This document shows, in pieces, positions 19,890-27,269 of a DNA stretch of 51,324 bases (position 1 is its first letter; every line of letters starts with the position of its first letter). The stretch is from Planctomycetaceae bacterium (GTDB lineage Bacteria > Actinomycetota > UBA4738 > HRBIN12): assembly GCA_050257835.1 (NCBI GenBank), contig JBLMXP010000102.1, positions 1-51,324 on the forward strand. Reading direction: 5' to 3'. A program made the translations under genes and the position numbers. The notes under the pieces are model-generated. The model had not been told where the DNA came from, made no database searches, and saw nothing but the letters and a program-made list of their open reading frames with translations.

Positions 19890-20252
19890 CTAGCCCGGGT
19901 CCTTGCCCCGATAGGTGATGACGTGGACCTTCTCGATCGTGACGAGGCCGTCGGCGACCATCTCGTCGAGGATCGGGAGGATCCGCTGGATGTGCTCCTC
20001 CGTGTCGACGATCTCGATCACGAGCGGCAGATCTTCGCTCAGCCGGAGGATCCGCGCGGAGTGCAGGTGCGAGCTGGCGCCGAAGCCCTCGACGCCCCGC
20101 ACCACGGTGGCGCCGGCGAGGCCCTCGTCGCGGACGCGCCGGACGATCTCCTCGTACAACGGCTTGCCGTGCCAGCGGTCGGAGTCGCCGACGAAGATCC
20201 GGACGAGCTGACCCTCTCCTTCCAGACGCATCTCCACCTCCCGCTCGGGCAC
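19890..20252 (-). CDS. DUF190 (PII-like fold) protein associated with crcB
   Basis: 120 aa with LVRIFVGDSDRWHGKPLYEEIV and GATVVRGVEGFG. Its stop abuts the crcB start with no gap. Confidence 0.85.
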   Translation of the reverse strand: MPEREVEMRLEGEGQLVRIFVGDSDRWHGKPLYEEIVRRVRDEGLAGATVVRGVEGFGASSHLHSARILRLSEDLPLVIEIVDTEEHIQRILPILDEMVADGLVTIEKVHVITYRGKDPG

Positions 20253-20280
20253 GTTCCGGCCTCACCGTAGACTGCGCCGC

Positions 20281-20907
20281 GTGAGCGCGACGACGGTGCA
20301 CCTGGTCCGCCACGGTCGCACCGCCCTCAACGCGGAGGGACGGTACCGCGGGCGCCTCGATCCGCCCCTCGACGACGTGGGGCGCGCGCAGGCCGACGAA
20401 GCCGCCGCGTCGCTCGCCGGGGCACCCTTGGTCGCCGTCCTGGCCAGCCCGCTCGTGCGCGCCACGGAGACCGCGCGGCCGATCGCCGCCGGCCACGATC
20501 TCGCGGTCGAGCCGCTCGTCGCGGTGACCGACCTCGACCACGGCCGGTGGACCGGGCTGACCCCCGTCGAGGCCGAGGCGCTGGATCCGGACGGGTTCGC
20601 GCTGTTCCGCGAGGACCCGCTGGCGTGCGTTCCGCCCGGCGGCGAGCCGGTCGCCGAGCTGGCCGCGCGGATGCGCGAGGCGATGCGGGTCCTCGCCGCG
20701 GGGTTCCCGGGCGCCGACGTCGTGGTCGTCACCCACGAGATCCCGATCCGCGTGCTGCTCGCGTCGATCCTCGCGCTGGAGGGCTCGCGGCCGTGGGAGC
20801 TCGACGTCCCGACCGGGTCGATCGCGGAGCTCCGGATCGACGGCGACGGCGTGTCGGTGGCCCGGATGCCGAGCGAGCGCTTCGGGCGGACCGGGGGTGA
20901 CCGATGA
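20281..20907 (+). CDS. Histidine phosphatase family protein (phosphoglycerate mutase-like)
   Basis: GTG start. It has the catalytic VRHGRT motif near the N-terminus, SPLVRATETA, and a distal THE(I) histidine. Confidence 0.85.
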   Translation: MSATTVHLVRHGRTALNAEGRYRGRLDPPLDDVGRAQADEAAASLAGAPLVAVLASPLVRATETARPIAAGHDLAVEPLVAVTDLDHGRWTGLTPVEAEALDPDGFALFREDPLACVPPGGEPVAELAARMREAMRVLAAGFPGADVVVVTHEIPIRVLLASILALEGSRPWELDVPTGSIAELRIDGDGVSVARMPSERFGRTGGDR

Positions 20908-21614
20908 CCGGCGCCGCCCGGCCCGAGTCGCACGCGCCCGGCTACTTCGACCTCCGGCGCGACCTCGAGCAGCCGGGGTGCGCGGTGTGTCGGGGCGCCT
21001 CCCGGTCGGCGTGGCGCCTGGTAGACGGCCTGCTCTGGGAGGGGGTGACCGACCCCCTCACGCGCACGCGCCTGCGCCGCTCGCGCGGGTTCTGCCGCGA
21101 ACACTCGCTCATGGCGATCCGGGTGGCCGACGCGGAGAACGGACAGCTCGGGATGGCGATCGTCTACGAGGACCTGCTCGCACAGCTCGAGGCCGCGCTC
21201 GGGCAGGAGCCCGCGAAGCCGCGGTGGGGCGGCGTGGCTCGTCGTTCCGTGCCCGCGCCCGACCTGCCCTGCCCGGCCTGCGTCAGCGCCCTTGGCACGG
21301 AGGAGAACTACCTGCGCCTGCTCGGACGGGCCGATCCCACATCCGAGCTGGGCACGCTCGCCCGCTCTGGAGCCGGCACCCTCTGCCTGCGACACCTGCG
21401 GCTCGGCCTCGCGACCACGGACCCCGACGAGCAGCGGCGGTTGGTCCAGATCGCGCTCACCGGCATCGCCGCGATGCGCGGCGACCTCCAGGAATTCATC
21501 CGCAAGCGGGACTACCGCTTCAGCCACGAGCCGCTGTCGGCCGAGGAGGGAGACGCCTGGCGGCGCGCGGTGCGGTTCTTGGAGGGCGAGCCGGTCCGCC
21601 GCCCGGACCCTTGA
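20904..21614 (+). CDS. Cysteine-rich hypothetical protein with a duplicated CxxC-x34-CxxH motif (possibly DUF6062-like)
   Basis: ATGA overlap with the phosphatase stop. At 236 aa it has C26-C29...C64-H67 and C123-C126...C161-H164 with identical 38-residue spacing. The family name is from memory only. Confidence 0.7.
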   Translation: MTGAARPESHAPGYFDLRRDLEQPGCAVCRGASRSAWRLVDGLLWEGVTDPLTRTRLRRSRGFCREHSLMAIRVADAENGQLGMAIVYEDLLAQLEAALGQEPAKPRWGGVARRSVPAPDLPCPACVSALGTEENYLRLLGRADPTSELGTLARSGAGTLCLRHLRLGLATTDPDEQRRLVQIALTGIAAMRGDLQEFIRKRDYRFSHEPLSAEEGDAWRRAVRFLEGEPVRRPDP

Positions 21615-21638
21615 CGGCCCTGCTCCGGCGACCTGACC

Positions 21639-23057
21639 CTATCGCCGGCGCCCCTCGGAGGTGGCGTCTGCGAGCGTGGTCGGCGGGTCCGGCGCGACCC
21701 GCAGCACCACCCAGCCGGTCACGCCCGCGACCATCGACGCGAACAGGATCGCGACCTTCGCCTCAGCGAGCAGGCCCGACCCCCGCTCGAAGGCGAGCTC
21801 CGCGATGAACAGCGCGACCGTGAACCCGATGCCCGCCGTCGCGCCCACGCCGGCGAGATCCCCCCAGCTCGTATCGGAGGGCAGCGAGGCCGCACGCGTG
21901 CGCACCGCGAAGGCGCTCGCGACCACGATGCCGAGTGGCTTGCCCACCACGAGCCCGAGCACGATCCCGAGCGCGGCCGCACTGGAGAGCGTCGCTCGGA
22001 TCACGCCGACGTGCACCTCCACGCCGGCGTTGGCCAGCGCGAACAGCGGCACGATCATCCACGCCGACCACGGCAGCAACGTGTGCTCCACGCGTGCGAG
22101 CGGCGAGACCGCCTCCTTCGAGATCCCCGCGAGACGGAGCCAGGCGGGCGCATCGGCGTCCGGCGGGTACGGGTCGTCGACCGTCTCGTCTGCGGTCCGC
22201 TTCGCCTCCGCGCTCACCGCAGCCGGTCGCTGGAACGGCTCGGCCGGCGTCAGCAGCCCCAGAGCCACACCCGCGATCGTCGGATGCACGCCGCCCTCGT
22301 AGGTGGCGAGCCACAGGGCGGCTCCGATCACGACGTAGGGCAGGATCGCCCGGACGTGCTGGCGCTGCAGCCCGAGGATCAGGAGCACCAGCAACGCGGC
22401 GACCGCGAGCGCCTCCGGGTGGCCCCCGTGCGAATAGACGATCGCGATCACGAGGATCGCGCCGATGTCGTCCACGATGGCGAGCGTGAGCAGCAGTGGC
22501 TTCAGGCTGGGCGGCGCGTGCCGGGCCGCGAGGGCAAGAGCGCCGAGCGCCAGGGCGATGTCCGTCGCCATCGGTATCCCCCACCCGTGGGAACCTTCGC
22601 CGCCGCGCACCACGGCGAGGAAGATCAGCGCGGGCGCGACCATGCCGCCGATCGCCGCCACGGCAGGGAGCACAGCGGCCCGGGGCCTCCGCAGCTCACC
22701 GGTCGTCAGCTCCCGCTTGATCTCGATCCCGACCAGCAGGAAGAAGATCGTCATCGCCCCGTCGTTCACCCAGAAACGGACGTCCTTCGCCAGCGCCCAG
22801 GAGCCGAACCGGAGCGTCACCGGGGTGGTCCACACCTGTTCGTAGGTGTGTCCCCACGGCGAGTTGACCCACGCGAGCGCCACGACGACGGCAGCGAACA
22901 GGAGCAACGCGCTCGAGGTGGAGGTCTGCAGGAACTCCTGGAGCGGTCGAACGATGACCCGGGGTACGAGCCGGTCCGACCGCGACCAGGGGAGCCTGAT
23001 GTCGTGCCCCGCATCCGCCATCCTCACATCATGGCAGCGGCCCGCCGCCGGCTCCAC
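21639..23057 (-). CDS. nhaA: Na+/H+ antiporter NhaA
   Basis: NhaA blocks include WVNDGAMTIFFLLVGIEIKRE, GWGIPMATDIALALG, LAIVDDIG and LFALANAG. The start is either 23057 or the M at 23021 (MADAGH). Confidence 0.9.
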   Translation of the reverse strand: MEPAAGRCHDVRMADAGHDIRLPWSRSDRLVPRVIVRPLQEFLQTSTSSALLLFAAVVVALAWVNSPWGHTYEQVWTTPVTLRFGSWALAKDVRFWVNDGAMTIFFLLVGIEIKRELTTGELRRPRAAVLPAVAAIGGMVAPALIFLAVVRGGEGSHGWGIPMATDIALALGALALAARHAPPSLKPLLLTLAIVDDIGAILVIAIVYSHGGHPEALAVAALLVLLILGLQRQHVRAILPYVVIGAALWLATYEGGVHPTIAGVALGLLTPAEPFQRPAAVSAEAKRTADETVDDPYPPDADAPAWLRLAGISKEAVSPLARVEHTLLPWSAWMIVPLFALANAGVEVHVGVIRATLSSAAALGIVLGLVVGKPLGIVVASAFAVRTRAASLPSDTSWGDLAGVGATAGIGFTVALFIAELAFERGSGLLAEAKVAILFASMVAGVTGWVVLRVAPDPPTTLADATSEGRRR

Positions 23058-23116
23058 AGCATCGCAACCGGGCAGATACCGAAGAACGCCGCGGCGGCTG
23101 GTAGGGTCCTTGCGCT

Positions 23117-23863
23117 TTGGTTTCCGATCGCAAGACCCCCCTCCGCGAGACCGCGCCCCCGGTGTCGACGCGCGCCGCCAAGACCGGCGACCGGTCCAAG
23201 GTGGCCCGCAAACGACTGCTCGTCGGGCTCGTCGCCGTGCTCGTCGTGGTCGGCGGCGTCGGGTTCCTGCTGACCCGCGGCTCCAGCGGCGGCGGCATCT
23301 TGGGCATCGGCAAGTCGGCCGCTCCCGCCGTGCCGGTCCACTTCAAGGCCACGAAGGTCGAGGCCGAGCGCGGGGCGCAGGGCGTCGACCAGAAGGCCAT
23401 GAAGGCATCGCTCGCCAAGGCGAGCGACGGCGTCACGAAGACCCTCGACTCGCTGTTCACCACCGGCTACTCGGACCCGGGCAACTGGGGCGACCCCGGC
23501 AACATCCAGGACCTGTTCGTCTCCGACGCGGCGCAGAACGTCCAGAACGACGTCAACACGCTCACGATCGGCGAGAACGCCGGCGACTACGAGTCGCTGC
23601 AGCCGGTCACGAGCACCGTGCTCGTACGCCCGCTGATCGACCAGAGGGGGGCGGCGGTCCGCGCGTACGCCGACGCGACGTTCGTCGGCCTCGCCAAGCA
23701 CACGGACGGCACCTACACGAAGATCACCGTACAGGGGTCGTTCTTCCTGATCCCGGGCGGCGACGGTTGGAAGATCGAGGCCTACCGCGCGACCCGCAGC
23801 GAGAAGCCCGCGAAGGCTCCCGCGTCGCCGACGGCCTCGGCCTCCACGGGAGCGTCGTCGTGA
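23117..23863 (+). CDS. Membrane-anchored hypothetical protein with a Ser/Ala/Pro-rich tail
   Basis: 248-aa ORF with a single TM (LLVGLVAVLVVVGGVGFLL). Its stop overlaps the GTG of the LCP gene. The TTG start is uncertain. Confidence 0.6.
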   Translation: MVSDRKTPLRETAPPVSTRAAKTGDRSKVARKRLLVGLVAVLVVVGGVGFLLTRGSSGGGILGIGKSAAPAVPVHFKATKVEAERGAQGVDQKAMKASLAKASDGVTKTLDSLFTTGYSDPGNWGDPGNIQDLFVSDAAQNVQNDVNTLTIGENAGDYESLQPVTSTVLVRPLIDQRGAAVRAYADATFVGLAKHTDGTYTKITVQGSFFLIPGGDGWKIEAYRATRSEKPAKAPASPTASASTGASS

Positions 23864-24804
23864 CGAAGCGGCTGCTCGCGGTCGTCCTCACGCTGTCCGC
23901 GTGGATCGGCGGCACCGTGCTCGGCTCGATCGGGGCCGCCCAGCCCGCCGCGGGCAAGGCGCTGCTCACGATCGGCCGCGCGCACGGCGACTACGAGCCG
24001 CCGCTCGACGGCTCGACGCCGATCTTCGTCCTGATCCTCGGCTCGGACTCCCGGCCCGGCACGCCGACCGACAAGGGCCTGAGCGACTCGATCCACATCC
24101 TGGGCATCAACCCCGCGAAGCACCGCGCGACCCTGTTCGGGATCCCGCGCGACTCGTGGGTCCCGCTCGCCACCGGCGGCACGAACAAGATCAACTCGGC
24201 GATGGCGCTCGGCGGTCCCCAGGCGACGATCAAGACGGTCGAGAACCTGACCGGGATCACGTTCGACTACTACGCCCTCACCGGGTTCGGCGGGCTCGTG
24301 CGCGCCGTCGACGACATCGGCGGCGTGAAGGTCGACGTGCCCTACACGATCCAGGGAGCCGACCACCTCTACCAGCCCGGGGTCACCACCCTGAGCGGCT
24401 CCGAGGCGCTCGGGTTCGCCCGGACCCGCGACACGGTGCCGCTGGGCGACTTCGACCGCTCGATGAACCAGGGCCGGCTGATGATCGCCACCCTCGCGCA
24501 GTTCCGCACGCAGTACGCGAAGGACGCCGGCACGCTCTACACCTACCTCGGCGCCGGCCTGCGCAACGTCCAGACCTCGCTGTCGATCGACGAGCTGATG
24601 CGCCTGGCGTTCACAGCGCGCACGATCGCACCGAAGAACGTCACGAACCTCGTCGCGCTCGGGACCTCGATGACCGTGAACGGCGTGAGCATCGTGAAGC
24701 TCTCCGACCAGAACCAGGCGCTCTGGCAGGACATGGCCAAGGACGGGTACATCCTGCAGAAGGACATCCCGGCCGCGGCCGAGGCGACGCCTCCGAGCCA
24801 CTGA
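23860..24804 (+). CDS. LCP (LytR-CpsA-Psr) family cell-envelope phosphotransferase
   Basis: The GTG at 23860 gives a GTGA overlap. It has an N-terminal anchor and LCP blocks VLILGSDSR, SDSIHILGINP, IPRDSWV, INSAMALGG and FDRSMNQ. Confidence 0.85.
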   Translation: MTKRLLAVVLTLSAWIGGTVLGSIGAAQPAAGKALLTIGRAHGDYEPPLDGSTPIFVLILGSDSRPGTPTDKGLSDSIHILGINPAKHRATLFGIPRDSWVPLATGGTNKINSAMALGGPQATIKTVENLTGITFDYYALTGFGGLVRAVDDIGGVKVDVPYTIQGADHLYQPGVTTLSGSEALGFARTRDTVPLGDFDRSMNQGRLMIATLAQFRTQYAKDAGTLYTYLGAGLRNVQTSLSIDELMRLAFTARTIAPKNVTNLVALGTSMTVNGVSIVKLSDQNQALWQDMAKDGYILQKDIPAAAEATPPSH

Positions 24805-24824
24805 CCCGTAACCGCGGCCGCCCG

Positions 24825-25862
24825 TCAGATCCGCGTCAGCACGTACGCGACGTAGCCGACGTAGAACACGCCCTGCGCGAGCAGCAGCGGCGCCTCCAGC
24901 CGCCCGCGGAACCGGAGCGTCAGGTAGAGGACGCCGCCCGCCGCCAGCGCGATGACCGCGGCCACCAGCGCCTCGCCGGTCAGGACCCACGGGGTGAGCA
25001 GCAGGCCGACGGTGACCGGGAACGAGGATTGGAACACCATCGCGCCGGTCATGTTGCCCATCGCCAGGGTGTCCTTCCCGCGGCGCACCCACAGCACGCT
25101 GTTGAACTTCTCGGGGAGCTCCGTCGCGAGCGGCGCCAGCAGCAGCGAGAACGCGAGCGGGGCCACACCGAAGCGCTCGCTGAGCGCGCCTACGACGTGG
25201 ACGAACAGCTCCGCGCCGCCCACGATCAGCCCGAGCGCGAGCGCCACCTGCACGAACGGCGCCGCCACCGAGCCGTCCTTCGTCCAGGGCGCGAGCGAGG
25301 AACGCATGCGCCGGAGCCACTGCCAGACGTAGAGCGGCTTGATCTCCGAGCCCGCCTCGACCTCGAGCTCGTCTTCGCCGGGAGCCTGGAAGTGCCGCCG
25401 CACGTAGTAGACGTAGCCGACCACCAGCACGATCACGAGCGCGTAGTCGACAGCCTTCAGGTGCAGGAGCCCGGCGAGGGTGGCGAGCGCGTACATCACG
25501 AGGAAGTAGCCGAGGTCCTGGCGGATCACGCCCGCGTCGATCCGCAGGACGTGCGGACGCCGCCCGCCACGCCCGAAGATCAGGATCGACACGGCGATCA
25601 CGACCATCGCGAGCGTGGTCAGCATGAAGGGCGCCCCGAGGATCGCGCCGGTCCCGATCTCTTCGCCGGCCCCGTGGCCCGAGGCGATCGCGACGATCGG
25701 CAGGAGCGTCTCGGGTAGCGCGGTCCCGACCGCGGCGAGCACGGAGCCGACCGCGCCGTCGGACAGCCCGAACCCCTCGCCGACCCACTCGACGCCGTTC
25801 GTGAACAGCTCGGCCCCGGCCAGGATCACCAGCAGCGAACACACGAGCAGCGCCCAGTCCAT
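24825..25862 (-). CDS. CaCA-family sodium/calcium (cation) exchanger
   Basis: 345-aa polytopic protein with two alpha-repeat signatures, GTALPETL and ATELPEKF. Confidence 0.85.
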   Translation of the reverse strand: MDWALLVCSLLVILAGAELFTNGVEWVGEGFGLSDGAVGSVLAAVGTALPETLLPIVAIASGHGAGEEIGTGAILGAPFMLTTLAMVVIAVSILIFGRGGRRPHVLRIDAGVIRQDLGYFLVMYALATLAGLLHLKAVDYALVIVLVVGYVYYVRRHFQAPGEDELEVEAGSEIKPLYVWQWLRRMRSSLAPWTKDGSVAAPFVQVALALGLIVGGAELFVHVVGALSERFGVAPLAFSLLLAPLATELPEKFNSVLWVRRGKDTLAMGNMTGAMVFQSSFPVTVGLLLTPWVLTGEALVAAVIALAAGGVLYLTLRFRGRLEAPLLLAQGVFYVGYVAYVLTRI

Positions 25863-25900
25863 CGGCGGCCCATGCTCCCAGGGCTGCTAGGTTCCACGCA

Positions 25901-27259
25901 ATGAGGGGAGGGGCTCGCAGCGACGCCGGGGACGGCGGCGTCTACCGGCTGGCGCTCGGCCTGGCCCTGCTGGCCGCGGCGCCCGCCCTGTGGCTCCGGT
26001 TCGGCGGTGGGGAGGCCTCCCATCCCGTGTCGGCGTTGCTCTTCGGCCTCGCGATCGTCGGGGCCGCGTTCCTGCTCTCGTGGGCGGCCGAGGTCGCGCA
26101 GCTGGACATCTCGGCCGGGCTGGCGCTCGCCGTCCTCGCGTTGATCGCGGTGCTTCCCGAGTACGCCGTGGACTTCGTGTTCGCGTGGAAGGGCGGGCAG
26201 GCCGTGGCGACCTACGGCGCGGCGTGCCCGAGCGGAGAGCCCGGCGGGGAGTCCCCCTGCTCGCTCGCGCTCGCGAACATGACGGGCGCGAACCGGCTGC
26301 TGATCGGGGTCGGCTGGGCCGCGGTCGTGTTCATCGCTTGGTACCGCACGCGACGCAAGCGCGAGGCCCTTCCCGAGGGCGACGCGGAGCGGCCGGTGCG
26401 CTGGACCGGCGTCCAGCTCGAACGCAGCCACGCCGTAGAGCTGTCGTTCCTCACCGCGGCGACCGTCTACTCGCTGACGCTGCCGCTGAAGCACTCGATC
26501 ACGCTGGTCGACGCCGCGATCTTGATCTCGATCTTCGTCGTGTACACCCTTCGGGTGTCGCGGGCGCCGGCCGAGGAGCCCCACCTCGTGGGGCCGGCGC
26601 GGTGGATCGGCTCCTACCCAGACGGTCCGCGGCGCGCGATCGTCGGCGCGATGTTCGCGTGGGCGGCCCTGATGATCGTGCTGTTCGCCGAGCCGTTCGC
26701 GCACTCGCTCGTGGAAACCGGCAAGGACTGGGGGGTCTCCGAGTTCCTGCTCGTGCAGTGGGTCGCGCCGCTCGCCTCCGAAGCGCCGGAGTTCATCGTC
26801 GCGGGGCTGTTCGCCTGGCGCCTCAACACGAACAGCGCGCTCGGCACCCTCGTGTCCTCGAAGGTGAACCAGTGGACGCTGCTCGTCGGGTCCCTGCCCA
26901 TCGTGTTCGCGGTCGCGTCGGGCTCCCTGCACGGCCTGCCGATCGCCGGCGTGCAGCGCGAGGAGATCCTGCTCACGGCGGCGCAGTCCGTGTTCGCGAT
27001 CGCCGTCCTGGTCAACCTGCGGATGTCGCTCGGCGAGGCCGGCGCGATCTTCGTGCTGTTCATCACCCAGTTCGTGCTGTCGGGCGTGATCTCGGCGCAC
27101 TTCCACGACGAGGTGCTCCTGGCGACGTCGGCGGTCTACCTCGTGCTGGCCGGCTGGCTGCTCTGGCGCAACCGGCAGGAGATGCGGCACCTGCTCCGCG
27201 ACGGGTTCCGCACGCCGTACGCGGAGCTCGTCGACCTCGAGTTCGACGCGCGCCCGTAG
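25901..27259 (+). CDS. CaCA-like cation exchanger, divergent paralog type
   Basis: 452-aa polytopic protein with degenerate alpha-repeat-like segments LIAVLPEYAVDF and LASEAPEFIVAG. Confidence 0.68.
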   Translation: MRGGARSDAGDGGVYRLALGLALLAAAPALWLRFGGGEASHPVSALLFGLAIVGAAFLLSWAAEVAQLDISAGLALAVLALIAVLPEYAVDFVFAWKGGQAVATYGAACPSGEPGGESPCSLALANMTGANRLLIGVGWAAVVFIAWYRTRRKREALPEGDAERPVRWTGVQLERSHAVELSFLTAATVYSLTLPLKHSITLVDAAILISIFVVYTLRVSRAPAEEPHLVGPARWIGSYPDGPRRAIVGAMFAWAALMIVLFAEPFAHSLVETGKDWGVSEFLLVQWVAPLASEAPEFIVAGLFAWRLNTNSALGTLVSSKVNQWTLLVGSLPIVFAVASGSLHGLPIAGVQREEILLTAAQSVFAIAVLVNLRMSLGEAGAIFVLFITQFVLSGVISAHFHDEVLLATSAVYLVLAGWLLWRNRQEMRHLLRDGFRTPYAELVDLEFDARP

Positions 27260-27269
27260 CCTGTCGCGC

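Noticed and set aside
20232-20300. Possible fluoride riboswitch upstream of DUF190-crcB
   Set aside because: The spacer is 28-49 nt, and its minus-strand sequence lacks the conserved crcB-motif elements I recall. A longer element would overlap the divergent coding sequence.
19480-20736. Upstream 419 codons of the 543-aa ORF 19105..20736
   Set aside because: Only the last 124 codons encode a CrcB. The remainder overlaps crcB-1, DUF190 and the phosphatase gene in other frames or on the other strand.
23782-27190. ORFs 23782..25842 (-), 23901..25718 (+) and 25826..27190 (-)
   Set aside because: These are shadow frames over the LCP and CaCA genes. They have an Arg/Asp/Gly/Pro-rich composition and no membrane or enzymatic motifs.
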